Below are positions 39,898 to 53,703 of a stretch of 64,000 bases of DNA, piece after piece (the stretch's first letter is position 1; each line of letters begins with the position of its first letter). The notes beneath the pieces are model-generated. The model worked only from the letters and a program-made list of their open reading frames with translations. It did no database searches and was not told the DNA's origin. The stretch is from NCBI RefSeq assembly GCF_036321535.1, contig NC_087437.1, positions 62,374,001-62,438,000 of the forward strand, read 5' to 3'. The translations under genes and the position numbers were made by a program. The stretch comes from Camelus dromedarius (Eukaryota).

Positions 39898-40185
39898 CAG
39901 CAGCGTCCAACAGACACAGCACATGAGCTGCAGAATTAATTTCAGATTTTCAAAGTGTTAAGTAAAATGTAAAAAGTAAAAAGAAATAGGTGAAAATGAT
40001 TTTAATTATTTTATTTTGCTTGATATTGAACACATTATCATTTCAACAGGTTATTAATCTAGGAATTATTAATGAGATGGATTACATTTTTTTCATACTG
40101 TGTGTTTGGAATCCGCTGCACATGTTACACTTAAAGGCCAGCCCAAGGCCACTTTTCAAGGGCTCAGTAGTGCCAGACAGAGCAG
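39898..40185. mobile_element. MER33-like hAT fossil
   Basis: cagcgtccaacaga...aaaagtaaaaagaaataggtgaaa...attattaatgagat...gccacttttcaagggctca. Confidence 0.6.
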
Positions 40186-40666
40186 ATCTAGAGGAGGATG
40201 GGTGGTAATGAACTTCCAGGCTCTTCCCTCACCGGTTCCATCAGGCCATTTCCTGGATCCTCTGTTACTGGCACAGTTAACCCCCACCTGGTTCCCCTAA
40301 TTTATCAGCAAGGTCAGCGATGGGCAGGCACAGGCAGCAGAGGCACGGAGGTGTGTGGACCTCAGATGAGATCCCACCCACCACGAAGCCCAACAAGGTC
40401 CTGCCACCATGGCCTCCTTTGTGTTTATGGTCTTGGTTTATCTCGCAAGGCTGTCTCTTCTGATTGAGTTCTGAAGACACAGATGGGGGTGGGTGGACAG
40501 AGGGTTAAAGGAGGTGGGCCACCCTCCATCCTGGCCCTGGAGGCATCAGAGACCACAGCCTGATTGTCCTCAGGGCCAGGACCCACTGGGAACGCATGCA
40601 CCTGTGCAGTAGGCAGTGGAGGTGTGCTCGGGGGAGCCTCTCATACTCGGCTCTTTTCCCTTTCAG

Positions 40667-40751
40667 ATATTTACCTGATCATCACCATTGTGGGCATCAT
40701 TGCTGGCATCCTCATCCTCGGTTTGCTGATAGCATTGGTCATCTCAATGAG
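40667..40751 (+). CDS. MUC13: MUC13 exon 10: transmembrane helix (NIYLIITIVGIIAGILILGLLIALVISM)
   Basis: cttttccctttcag| acceptor and AG|gtacaa donor; long hydrophobic run; phase 1 to 2. Confidence 0.9.
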
Positions 40752-42759
40752 GTACAAAATGAAGTGTCCCTTTTCTGGGACACAGTGACACCGTCATTAC
40801 ACTCTGGTTTCCAAACTTCCAAACATGCCCAGACTTCCCTGGGCAAGAGCAGAAAAATACGGCGAGGCCTCTCTCACACCAATGACCTTTTTTTCTTACC
40901 TGAATTTTCTTCTGATTCTATAAGCTACACGTGATCATTGAAGAAAAGAGAGAAATGTGTACAGGAGCAGAATAAACACTCACCCACAAAACCTGACACC
41001 CTGCAGCCACCAACATTTTGACATACATTCTTCCAGGTTGTTTCTACCTTTTAAAATGACATACATAATTTTGTATTCTTTGTGTTTTAAAATTTTTTTC
41101 CTGAGGTTTGTTTTTGCTTAATACTGTACTGTGACAGAGCAGCCGCTCTCTGATGGCACTGAGACTCGTCTGTTAGCGTATTTGACTCCACTGATGTTGT
41201 CAGATCTAATTTTCATCAATCACTCCCCTGCCCAGGTCTTCGCACAAAAGCCAGACAACCTCAAGTGAGCCCCTGGGCTTTAGAAACATGATCTCCTCAT
41301 GGCTGCTCCTCAGCGTGGTGTCTTAAGTGCTCTTCTTAAAACTTGAGTGGGGTCCATTCATTTCCAGAATGAGTAGAGAGCTCGAGTTCCCTCCATGAGC
41401 AGGGTGGAAAGCTGTTATCCAGTCCATTCTAAATGTGCCAAGTGAGGAGCCACTGTGGTAAAAAAAAACAAGCTGCTTTTTAAAAATGACATTATCTCGT
41501 ATCATATTTTGGCAAAATAGGTACTTTTGCACTATAATAAGAGAGGACAAATAGAGTTTATGTTCCTAAAATATTTTTTTTTCTTCTATTCCATTTTGAT
41601 ACTAACTCTTCCCCAGAGACCTGCTTAACAGGATGCCAAGGTGGGAACTGAGAATAACTCCTTTTGCAGGGAGAGGGCCAGGACCCAGGGTTCTGGAGCC
41701 AGGCTGTCTCTCTCGGGACTGGCTCCTGCCCTGCGGGGCCATGGGGGGACGCTCGCCCCTGGGACAGTCCTGGTTCTCGGTTCTCCCTCCTAGTGCAGAG
41801 CCTGGCTTGCTCTTAGCTCAGCCTCAGTCTCGTGACTCTTGGGAGCAAGCCAGGAGTTATCATTTCTTGTCCATCTCAAGGGAAGGAAACCTCTCCTCCA
41901 CGAATCACCTTAGACAGGAGGGCTGTCACAGGGCAGGAGCTGTACTGTGGGCTGGGCTGGCCATCACGGTCACCAGGGGGCTGGGTCTTCCTTTACGACA
42001 TTCCCAGTGTCTGAGGCTCACCCTGGGATGGCCCTGTGGCCATCATAGGTGCCTCTGGCCCCACGACCCAATCTGAAGGGCAGGACTGTGTCTGGGGGCC
42101 AGAAGAAAGAAGGTCATGAGCCAGGTTCACTGGGAGCAGATGCCTCCCTCACCTGAAAGTACTTCCACTTGTCTTTGACCCCTTGAGGTCCCTGAGGGCC
42201 TGCAGCAGAACCTGGGAAACTTCGGTTCCTCCTCCTGAGACCTTTATACCTGGGACTCACTTTATTCACTGAGGTGCTTCCGTGGATAGTGACTTTGCCT
42301 GAATGAAAGTTTAGTCACAAATCATCTTTTTTCTTTGACTGTTATTATCATTTCCATAAAGAATTCAAAGACACACTTAACAATACTAACATTATTAGCA
42401 AATAGTAAATGGGATCAGTAGAATAAGACAGTAATGCTGGACCAGGATCAACGTTCTGGTTTTGATGGTTTCCTGGAGCTTATGAGTGGACTGAGGGGAT
42501 CTGCATGGAATGAAGTAACGAGACACTACAGGTGACGGACATCAGGTCTGCAGCTTGTTCTTAAATGGCTCAGAAATATTAACAATGGGGGAATATGGGT
42601 GATAGATGTATGGGAGCTTCGTGTAATACTCTTTTCGTAACTTACATGTACATATGAAATTATGTCAGAATTTTTAAACATTTTTTAAAAAGAATATTAA
42701 CATTTGCTTCACAGAACTTGCTACCATTGTCATATTCTAATTCCTGTTACCAATTACAG

Positions 42760-42937
42760 TTCAAAGAGCAAAAAGAAGAATGTGGAAGAACAGAACCTGA
42801 TTGAGAACGACTTTCACAGTCTGAGACTTTATGAGACTACTGGCTTTAGCAACCTAGGAGCAGATGGGAACATCTTCCCTAAAGTCAGGGTGAACCTCCC
42901 AAAAGACGGTAGTGCTCGGAATCCCTATTCGAACTAG
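42760..42937 (+). CDS. MUC13: MUC13 exon 11: cytoplasmic tail (SSKSKKKNVEEQNLIENDFHSLRLYETTGFSNLGADGNIFPKVRVNLPKDGSARNPYSN*); the exon continues to the donor after 42964
   Basis: caattacag| acceptor; TAG at 42935-42937; second in-frame TAG at 42962-42964 followed directly by gtgagc. Confidence 0.9.
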
Positions 42938-44518
42938 GGTTGTATACCCAACCCCGACTATTAGGTGAGCCTTGACGTGCTTTCTGTTTCCTTTGCTGAG
43001 TGAGATGCCCCAGGGACCTGGCTGTTGTATCATCACCAGCCCTGGCTGTCCTGTAGGCTTTTTTTTTTAATCCAAAGCTATTGTAAATAGCCACCACCTG
43101 GTCCCTAACACTGACCATGTATGTGACTTTAAACACATCGCTTAATTTCTCTGGCTGTCTATTTCCTCAGCTGTAAAAAGAGAAGCTTTAATTTAGATGC
43201 CTCTATGGTCTCTTTAAATCCGTTTCTACGGATATGACTCCAGTGGTTGTGATGACAGCTCCCAGACTGTTGCAGGAACTAGGACCTGGCTCAGGCCTAG
43301 GCAGCACTGCTGGATGTAAGCACGGTCCTGTTTACATGGACCCTTCCCATCCAGCCCACAGAAGGGCAAAGCTCCCCTCTCCTCCCCGCAGACCTCAAGG
43401 CAGCCAGATCAATTTCTGAGGCTGGTAATGCTTTATTTCCCATGGGAGGGCTTGCGATGAGACTAGCTCGTCCTCAGATGTGCATTAGATAAGCGCAGCT
43501 GGCACTGCTTAGTGCGACCCAGTGAAATGCTGAGAGGAGAAAGCCTGTCAGGGGACTCCTGCGGGGAAGAGGGACAGGACGGAAGGAAGGAGGGATGGCC
43601 CAGGAAGAGGAGGGAGCCAGAGAGGAGAGAAGACAGGGGAGGAGAGAAAGGATTTGTTTTCAAAAGGAAGAGTGGGGAGAAAGGGAAGGAGGGAGAAGTG
43701 GGGTGAGGCATCCCCAGGAGAGTAGAAAATAGGCTGAGAGAGGAGGAGACATGGGAGGTGGGGGAGGGGCTGGGGAGGGAGCACAGCACCGGACCCCCCC
43801 CCCCCCCCCCCCCCCGCCGAGGGCGATCACTTCTGCCGGCAGCCCTGGTGAGAGAGTCATCCTTTGAGGACCTTAATGCACTTTGAACATTCTGGGAAAA
43901 CCTGACTTATTTTTATTATGAAATCGTATGGCTGATTTCACACATCAAGTTCCTTTTAATCATGGAAGTCCGGATGTCTCGTGTGTGCACCACGGGACGA
44001 CTCCACAAAGTGCGCCACTTGGGGTCAGACACAGGTCTAGTCAGCAAGAGCCGGGGACGAACGTCCCATGGGCGCCCCTGTTGGTCCTACCTGAGGTGAA
44101 CCTTAACCATCGAACTCATTTCAAACCTTTTCTCCACATCGCTGGAGCCCTTACCTCAAGTATAACCTCTGAAGAAAGCCCTTTGGTGGCTGAGTCGGTG
44201 TGGGATTTAAATCAGACACCTGGCTTCACAGCCTTGCCCTTCCTGCTACTAAGTCTGTGGTCTCGGGCTAGTTCCCTGACTTCTCTGGGTTTGTTTTCTC
44301 ATCTGTGAAATGGACAAAAGGATGCCTCCCTCAAAGGATAAAGATCAAATAAGCTAATATGCATAAAGAACTCAGCACAATGATGGGTTCTAATTGGAAC
44401 AGTAGTATTAAATAATGTTAATTAAAATTATAGTAATCCTTTATGAATCTAAATTGTCTCATACGTTTCTGTTGCAATACTTTTCTAAGAATTCCCCCCC
44501 ACCTCTCTTTTTGTCTAG

Positions 44519-45510
44519 GATGGTAAAAGTTTGGGACCATTCATGGCCCTGAACCCAGCATATGAGCTTTTACTTCGAGTGTTTGGAAGACTGAAGGAGA
44601 CGTGAGCAGCTGGGAAGCTCTGACGTTTGGGATTTCTCTTCCAACCAACACCTAGCCTCTCTGAATGGAAGTTGTGACAGTTTGCAGTGAATACAGCTTG
44701 TTTGCTAAGTACCTGTGAAATTAAATGCACACAGATGGGACCAGCACTTGTTAAGATAGTTGATTTGCTCCAGTCAGTACAGGGGTTGGGGTTTCTTTTA
44801 CACGGTGGAGCAACAGTAACCATTTCCAATCTAGACGGAAGTGCCCCAGATGGTTCACTCCTGGAAGAGTCTACAAGAGTGTCACTTTGAGTTGACAGCC
44901 TGTGCATAAGTGACCTAATTCTGGGAGACTCCTACACATCAGCTGTGGAGGTCCCAGGGGATGGGAAGAGACACCATCCTTTAAGGTTCTTGGGTTCATT
45001 CTCGGGCAAGTGACTGTAAGGAAGCTGGACGGGGAGGCTGAGTCAGGGAGAAGATACCCAGGACCCACCTTCACCCTCAGAGTCCCCGCCTCGATGAGCG
45101 AATGGGCACTTCCTCTACTTCGTGTCCCACCCAAGACTCAGAACCTAGGAAAGGGTGTAAAGACAAAACTCCCAGCGCAAGAGGTTAAAGTCACTTCAAA
45201 CTTGTAGGCCTTCTGTCCAGCTGATGGTGAGAGGCAGCTGTGCTCTGGATCCAGATGTTCAGCCTTGTGATGCAGATTCCAGAGGTACCTCACTGAAGCT
45301 CCAGCCTTCCCTGGGGACAGAGGCTTAACGGGGCCACCAACACACACACAGCCAAGAATGGTGGCAGTCACATCCAGTCATATCCAGTTTCTTTAATGTC
45401 AATTGTATCCTTGTTTATGTCTAGTCTCCTTGCAAGTCATTTTAATTTGCTTTTATTGTTAGTATTTGTTCTTGACTGTTAACAAATAAAGTATATTTAG
45501 TAGCTGGTGT
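44519..45510 (+). other. MUC13: MUC13 terminal non-coding (3'UTR) exon
   Basis: Polypyrimidine tract ctctctttttgtctag| ending 44518; resembles the MUC13 3'UTR as I recall it; ends shortly after AATAAA 45485-45490. The 3' end is approximate. Confidence 0.75.
45485..45490 (+). terminator. MUC13 polyadenylation signal
   Basis: AATAAA with U-rich sequence upstream and a GU-rich element (ggtgtccttccttgtgtttggg) downstream. Confidence 0.75.
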
Positions 45511-47901
45511 CCTTCCTTGTGTTTGGGACTTTGGATGACACACATAGCAGTTACGTGTCACTTTCAATGGCAAACACGATACATGGCAAACCAAGGTGAC
45601 TGACGTCTGCTGTCCTCATGAGGGCCTGTTGGAATACCCACGGTAATTTATTTTTTCATGGAGTAGATATTTTCGGCTGCTTCTCCATGCATACCCCACT
45701 ACTCTTCCATTATGAAGCAACCAAATATTTTGGATGGGACTATCTGCCCGTCAGCTCAAATGCAGGAGCCCAAGTCATTCAGTGGAATCCTGTCCACCCT
45801 CCTTGCCACAGTCATTGACTTAGCACATGGCATAAATGGATGCAAATAGGACAAAGCTCAATTGTTGGTAGAAGGCTTGGAGGAAGAGAAACTCTTTGTT
45901 CTGGAGAATGGAATGTGAGGCCTTAAACTGCTTCAGTTTTGCTAAGCTGACACAAAAAGGAGGGGACAGCTGAAAGAACCATGCAAACCTGGAGCTGGTG
46001 CTCTGATCAGACTGTACCTGAAGTCCCTGGAATATACTGTTAGGCCAGTTTGAGCAGTTGTTTCTGATTTTGCAGGTGAAAGCATCCTCACTGATATAGC
46101 TTGTGTTTACTCTTTTGTTCTCAAGGCTAGTTAGTGAAGGGAATAAAAGAAACATTCTTATGAGCTATTAATGCCCACTGTAAAGACACTGGCCGTCCAT
46201 CAATAGGTTAACACCAGCAGAATCAATGCAGACATAACTTTAAATTGGCTGACCACTGTAACTTGTCATCACAGATTCTATTTCTGACCTGTGTGCTACC
46301 TGCTTTACATCTGACGATAATTCTGGATTTAGTGCTAAACGTAGGCTATTTCTACCTCTTTACTAAAAAGTCCCACTTCTCTTGTGCCCCTCTGCACCAG
46401 ACCATGCCAGTTTCCATCACTTCTCAAAGGCCCTGGGCCTGCAGAACTCTGGGCTTCATGGACCAGAGTACATCCATTCTTGGGAGACTTTCATTGCTAT
46501 TGTTTGAATAAAAATCATGCTCTAAGTATGTATATGTGTAATGTTTATGTAAATGGCTTTAGCCTCCAAAGTTGTTTTTGATTCTTGAGTAATATGGCCT
46601 GTAATTCATTTGCTTCTGCTCATTGGGACCTTTGCAAAGGTTTTCTGATTGTCCTGCAACCTTGGAGGGCTGTCAGAATGAACTTTCGAAGATGTGAATC
46701 TGATCAGGACACTCCCTTGCTTAAGGCTTTCAGCGGTTCTCTATTGAGAGAATCAAGCCAGGCTGCTTGTGGCTCCACAGTCCTGCGGCTGCTGCCACCA
46801 GCTGCTCCAGCTTGGCCTCGCCTCCCCTCCCCTCCCCTCCCCTGCAGGGCACTAACACTGGCACACCTGCTGCTCCCTGAATGTCCACCTCCTCATACCT
46901 CCGTGTCTTTGCCTGTGCTGTGCCCTACACTTGAAATGCCCCTTTCCTTCAGCTGCCTAGTGAGCACCTCTGCCTCCTCTGACCAGCTTTTCCTAATTCT
47001 CTCTTCTCCACCCAGCACTCCCGAGTAGAAGTATCTAGTCCTTCAGATCCCAACGGGCTCCTGGAACTCACTCCCCCAGGAAAGAGGTTCCACACGGTGA
47101 GTCTGTTTCCTTCTTACCCAGCACAGTGCCTGGTGCAGAATATTAAACAGTTTGTGAGACAGTAGAAAACGGGACTCTTCCAGCTTGGTCTCCAAGGGGT
47201 ATGTTGATTATCTTGATGGTGGTGAAGGTTCCCAGGTCTACCAAAACTGAAATCGTATGCTTCGTGTAAGTGCAGTTTATTGTACATCAAGTGTACCACA
47301 ACAAAGCTTTTTTTTTTTTTCAAGTAGGGGGTGGCCGCTCATGCAGGGGCCTCTCTGACCTTGAGGGAGGCATCCTCTGATCACAGCCCTAAGACAGGGC
47401 AGGAGCACATACGTGTCATTCTGCTGATGTCCACTTCCGCCTGAAGGCTCTCTGAGGTCAGCCTTGGGTGAAGCCGGCCGGGGATGATGGGCTGCTGCCC
47501 CGACAGCAGCAGGTCTCAGCTTACATTCAAGTCACCTGAGAAGATTTAATAATCACTGATGCCTGGGTCCCATCCCAGAGCGCAGCGCTTCATTGGTCTA
47601 GGGCAGGCTTGTTAAGCTCCGCAGGTGACTCGAATGTGCAGGGGAGTTTGAGAACCACTTGCTCCTGGCAGTCAAGCCCCAGATCACATATCTCATCCCT
47701 TCCCCAGAGATTCTAGAAACCAAGAGTCCATTACACACAAGAAGCTTCAGAGGGCTCCAAGCCTCCTTGTGGAGGAGGAGGTCAGGCATCCAGGTGACAC
47801 CAGCACCAGAAGAGCTTGAAACTTACATCTCTGGGGGCAGTTTTGCCCCACCTAACTACCCACCACCCTCTTGCCCCTTCCTAGCAGGTGGGGAAATTCC
47901 A

Positions 47902-47920
47902 TGGCCAGTAGGTGGCGCTG
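47902..47920 (+). promoter_or_regulatory. Candidate CTCF site downstream of MUC13
   Basis: TGGCCAGTAGGTGGCGCTG matches the CTCF core consensus. Confidence 0.6.
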
Positions 47921-47990
47921 TCTCCTATGGCTTGTAAACATCTGACTTCTGGGGGACAGCTCTTAAAAGGCTTGTTTGAAATCTTTCACT

Positions 47991-49414
47991 TTTTTTTGAA
48001 TTGAAGTATAGTCAGTTATAATGGATCAATTTCTGGTTTACAGCACAATGTCACAATCATGCATGTACGTACATATATATATTCATTTTCTTTTTTTTTA
48101 TTAAAGGTTATTACAAGATACTGAATATAGTTCCCTGTGCTATACAGCAGAAACTTGTTTGTTTGGGTTTTTTAAAATCTATTTTTATACATTGTGGCTA
48201 ACATTTGGAAATCTTAAACTCCCAAATTTATTGCTTCTCACCCCTTCCCTCTGGTAACCATAAGATTGTTTACTATGTCTGTGAGTCTATTTCTGTCTTG
48301 TAGATGAGTTCAGTAGTATCCTCTTTTTTTCTTTTTCTTAGATTCCACATATGAGTGATATCATATTGTATTCTTCTTTCTCCTTCTGGCTTACTTCACT
48401 TAGAATGACAATCTCTAGGTCCATCCAAGTTGCTGCAAGTGGCATTATTTTATTATTTTTTATGGCTGAGTAGTATTCCATTGTATAAATATACCACAAT
48501 TTCTTTATCCAGTAATCTGTCGATGGACATTTAGGTTGTTTTCACTTCTTGGCTATTGTATATAGTGCTGCTATGAACATTGGGGTGCATGTGTCTTTTT
48601 GAATTGAAGTTCCCTCCGGATATATACCCAGGAGTGGGATTGTTGGATCATATGATAAGTCTATTTTCAGTTTTTTGAGGACTCTCCATAGTGTTTTCCA
48701 TAGCGGCTGTACCAAACTAGAGTCCTACCAAAAGTGTAGGAGAGTTCCCACTCCAGCATTTATCATTTGTGAACTTTTGAATGATGGCCATTCTGACTGA
48801 TGTGAGGTGATACCTCATTGTAGTTTTGATTTGCATTTCTCTAATAGTTAGCAATATTGAGCATTTTTTCATGTATCTATTGGCCCTTCGTATGTCGTCA
48901 TTGGAGAATTGCTTGTTTAGGTTTTCTTCCCATTTTTGGAATGGGTTGTTTGGTTTTTTTGTATGAGCTGTTTGTATATTATGGAAATTAAACCTTTGTC
49001 AGTCGCATTATTTGCAAATATTTTCTCCTATTTCGTAGGTTGTCATTTTGTTTTGCTTATGGTTTCCTTTGCTGTATGAAAGCTTATCAGTTTAATTAGG
49101 CCCCATTTGTTAATTCTTGCTTTTATTTCTATTGCCTAGGTAGACTGCCCTAGGAGAACACTGCTAAGATTTATGTCAGAGAATGTTTTGCCTATGTTCT
49201 CTTCGAGGAGGTTAATTGTGTCTTGTCTTATATTTAAATCTTTAAGCCATTTTGAGTTTATTTTTGTATAAGGTGTGAGGGAGTGTTCTAACTTCATTGA
49301 TTTACATGCTGCTGTCCAGTTTTCCTAACACCACTTGCTGAAGAGGCTGTCTTTTCTGCATTGTATGTTCTTGCCTCCTTTGTCAAAGATTAATTGACCG
49401 TAGATCTGTGGGTT
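47991..49414 (-). mobile_element. 5'-truncated L1 (~1.4 kb) with target-site duplication
   Basis: L1 3'UTR/ORF2 end similar to 14300-15780; flanks gaaatctttcact (47978-47990) and gaaatacttcact (49415-49427). Confidence 0.88.
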
Positions 49415-50339
49415 GAAATACTTCACTTTTAATTCAACAATCTTAATAATTCCCCCTTGATTTTTCCTTGATCTCTTCATTCCTTGTTCTTGTGCCAGGG
49501 GAACATGAATGTTATCAGTTCACTCTTGCATTATTTGCATAATTTTCACTGGAACATTAGAGATCATACATTGTTTCTCTTCAGTGGCCCTATAAAAGCT
49601 TAAGTATTGAAGTGATGTCATTGTTATCTTAATGGTGCATAATGTTTGGCACAATTATTCAGATAATCAATGTTTTCTTTGATGGTTTTCCCAAATACAA
49701 AAGGAGATAAATCCATTTTCACTGAAAAATCATTCATTCTAGAAAAAAAGAGAATACCATTAGTAGAAGGTTTCTGTCTTTCATCAGCTTTTATGAGGTG
49801 AGCAAGTTCTGGCTGAATTTTTTAGAGAATGAGGTTGAGAAGAACTCTGGGCACCATGTGGGGATCTTCTCTTTAGCCTCCAGGCTCTGACATGTGACCT
49901 GTGTGGTCTTTTACTCAAAGATGGAAGCTGGAGCAGATCATCAACAGCTTCCTAACTCCTGCAGGCTAAGTAACGTTCTCTGAGCCCACAGCCATGACAT
50001 GTGGTCCAATTGAAGAATTCCTTCCTGCATTCAGATGAGGGAGCCAGTCTGAAAAACATCAAGAATAATAATAGTCCATATATTCTGGAGTACTTAATTT
50101 ATGCCAGGCATAATTTCTTGGTGCTTCACGTGTGTTGATCCCTTTAATCATTTAATTCTTACCACAGGAAGAATAAAGACAGAGCCACTGCTTGGGAAAG
50201 ACTGTGAAATGTCAACAAATGTCAAAGACAAAGTAAGACTAAGAATTCCAGGCTCATCATTCTGGAAGATCTCTTCAAATTAGGGAGGATAGGACAGATA
50301 AACCCAAGACAGCAAGCATTGCCTTCACTCTCATCTTAA

Positions 50340-50790
50340 TGTCAACTGAAAAAAAAAAAAAGCACAGCCTAAAAGTTGAGAATTATGTTTTATTCGGCTG
50401 ACTTTCTGAGGACTTATGCCTGAAAGACAGTCACCTCTCAGATCACTCTCAGGGACTGCGCCGAAGACTAGGGGAGGAACCAGGATACACAGGAGTTTTT
50501 GTAACAAAAACCAGGTAGTGGGAACATCAAAGAATTATTGTTAATTAAAGAAAAGCAGACATCTCCACTTAATGAATTTAGCTCTTTATTGTGTATGGGA
50601 AGATGCAAGAGTCTGGGCTCATGGAAATCATTCCCTTGATGTGCACCTTAGTGATCTAGGACCCGGATCCTGCTTTTCTCCACCCTGGGTCCCCGCAGGG
50701 TGCACAGTCAGGGCGGCTGCAGTGGCTGCTGGCTTGATGGTCACAACATCTTTTATTTACTGATATGACAGGCAACACTCTTTGTCCACA
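50340..50790 (-). mobile_element. Solo ERV LTR (same family as 2211-2691, opposite orientation)
   Basis: TG...CA termini; reverse-complement similarity to 2211-2691. Confidence 0.7.
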
Positions 50791-53703
50791 ATACACATAT
50801 AATGTCTAGATTTAGAGGAGGTTGTGTGTATGTAAACACATGAATAAAATGTGGGAAATAGAGAGAAGCTCGGAGAAGAAAGCACAAGACCCTTATCACT
50901 CAAGGCAGCGCTAACATCTGTATTTTTGTGAATTCCCTCCCCAGCGCTTTCTCTGTGCTCCTGTGCCCAGAGGTCTTCTGGCTTTTGGTCCATTGTTCAT
51001 GCCTCTCCTATATAATCGAAGCCAGTGTCACTTAGGTGTGGTCTGCAGGCTGGCAGCATCTCCATCCCCTGGAACCTGCTGGAGATACAGCTTCTCAGGT
51101 CTAGCCCAGACTTACTGAATTAAGTCTCTTGGGCTGGGGACCAGGCATCTGAGTTTTCACAAGCCCCCTGGGTGACTGAGATGTGCAGGAAAAGTGTGAG
51201 AAGCACTAGTCTATCCCAGTGTGCTTTGTTTCCAGGGGGCAAATTATTCTCAGAGACTGCGATGGTCTTTGTCAATATTTTATTTAACACAGGTTGACTG
51301 CGGGAGCTATAATTTCACAAGCCAAGAGCACATAGGGTAATGTCTCTTAATAAGTCAATAAAGAAATAACAGAGTCCAGACCAATGACAGATTAATCACA
51401 CTCTTGTTCCCAGCAAGGGGTCATGAAAGGAATAAAGTTCAAACTTAATTGAGGCGCACCTTTCGAGTTGGCTCTCAGAAAAGACGGTTTAGCTGATCTC
51501 CAGCTGCCAGTGCGAAAACCAAAGTCCTTGTTCCTAGAGCCCGTTGCTAGGGGACCAAGATGCCCGTGTTGGAGCCGCTGCACGGCTTTCCCACTGCCGG
51601 TAACAGAGTCCCCTTTCCCGTGGCAGGAGCTAATTCCCCTTGGTCTTCAGAGAGCTATTTAGGTCAGTAAAGGGTAGCCTTGTCCCAGTGGAACACTCTC
51701 GGATGGGCCTCACAAACTCTAAGTATTTAGAGCCTAAACACTCCCTCAGCCAACTTACTTCTTCTTAGGTTCTTAGAGATAAACCCCTAGCCGCACCCTG
51801 CAGCTGAGCTGGGTGATGTCGCAACCACAGATGTGGATGACGACATCCTGACACACAAGTTCACTTTTATATCAAAACAGTAACTTCATCCTTAAAAACA
51901 ACTTCATTTTTGTCACAAACAAGGGGATTTGAATTCATATCAAACCAGCTCACAACACAGAGCACCTCAAAGTTTGGGGGCTGTGACCTCCTTTACAGTG
52001 ACATGGCCATGACACCCAAGCATGGGGCAGGGTGTGAAAAAAAAAATCTCTATTGTATTTTACGGAAGTTTCGGTCCACAGTAGACCCCTTAAAAAAAAG
52101 GAAAGAAGGAGAGCTGGTACCTGTGGGGAGAGATGAGGGGAGCAAGTGAGACTTTATTTTCTTCATTTAAAAAGAACATCCAAAAGCACAGGCAGAGAAA
52201 AGCTCATCCTCGACCACAGGCCGTTCGGGAAGCACTGGTCTACTGTCTTTGTCTCTTTCAATGCTGGTTTCATAGAGGAACCTGCCACTGCAAGGATCGC
52301 TTCTACAACCAGTGCTCGTTTGTTTTGCTGAAGGGAGGAGACGTGACCTTGGTGTGGAGGGATAAGCAGGAGCCAGACTTTGCTCTCTGGCTGGGAACAA
52401 AGGGAGCCACTGTGGGGTTTTTAAAGCAGGGAAATGGCACCATCACAGCTGCTTTTTGAAATTAATGGGCAAAAACTTCATGCTGTACACCAGAATGGAC
52501 ATAACATGATAAACTGACTATACTTCAATTTAAAAAAAGAAGAAAGAAAGAAATGAGTGGGCAAGACGTGGGCAAGAGGATGAGTTGGGAGGTGATTACA
52601 GTTGTCTGGTCAGGACTCGATGGGGGCTTGGGGTGGTGTTAGGGTGGTAAAGAGCAGTCCACAAATTTAAGGATTTGTCTTTTGTCGTTACTTTTTTTTT
52701 TGAAAGTGAAGCTTGAATACATGTGTCAGGAGGTGAGGGAGAGAATTCTCTCATTCGTTGGTTTCTTTGTTTCTTGTGTATCTACATACTGATGGTTTCT
52801 CATAAAATCTGGTATCCGTGCTGCTTATTTCAAGAAAGGACAGGTAAATGGTTGCATGACTTGTGTTTGCTCTTATCTTACAATCTGTTCATAGTCAGCT
52901 CTGTGTATTACCCTTTGACTTTACCTGAATACCTACAGAGTGTGGTTCCAGCCAGATTTACCTGGTTTATTGGCCCTTTTTCCATCTTGGACTTTACAAC
53001 CTGAGAACACAATTTTAATTATATTGCCACAGTACAAAATCAATCTGAATATCTAATGGAATTTGTTGAAAATATGATTTTTCCAGAAATACACAGGCAT
53101 AAACCAATTAATTAAAATTTTAATATTGTTTATTATAAATGACTTATATATGACTTGTATGACTGCTAACTTCTGGACATTAAACTCAATCTGTATGTGT
53201 TGAGACTACCCAGTGCCAGCCTGGATTATGCAGTGATTCCCAGGCTCTGGGTAATATGTCTTATAAAATTGGGGAATCTGAAGTAAAATTTCAGAGCATC
53301 CCCTTTTTATTTTATGAAGTAAAAACCTAAAACCAAATTTTAAAAATTTGTATCTATCTTCACCATCAATTAAAAAAAATTAGAACAATTAATTTTAAAA
53401 GTAGCCAAAAAAGATTCTCTTTTTTCTCAATTACTTTTTAAAAACTAGCCTTATTGGAGGCATAATTTACACATAATAAAGTGCATCTAGAGTAAGTAAG
53501 GAGACAAAGAAGGAAGGACCAACTCTTAGGCAGTATTAAAACTAAGGAAAAAAACAAGCATAGTTTTGGAAAAATACATGCATCTCCTTTATTTTTCTCT
53601 TCTGTTGGTGGATTGGTGGCAGTGTCATCAGGCTGGTCTGCAAGTAGAACTTGGGACCCCCACTCTAGGCATGGATAAGAAAGGGAAGCTCTTCCCAAAA
53701 AGT

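Larger units (their letters stand above)
12859..45510 (+). other. MUC13: Mucin-13 gene model (11 coding exons + 3'UTR exon; 642-aa predicted protein)
   Basis: All introns are GT-AG and the phases chain correctly (1,1,1,0,2,1,1,2,1,2). Exon lengths 52+867+123+107+56+167+126+130+38+85+178 = 1929 nt. Domain order SP-PTS-EGF-SEA-EGF-EGF-TM-tail, with peptides recognisably like mammalian MUC13 (NPC..C..CV.L..FCLC.EG.YYNSSTC, GK.FPG, CDYYGC, CAFGYSG..CKD, FPKVR, NPYS). Confidence 0.93.

Noticed and set aside
2211..50790. The related LTR pair as the recombination substrate for the duplication
   Set aside because: The copies are in opposite orientation and clearly diverged; recombination between them would invert rather than tandemly duplicate.
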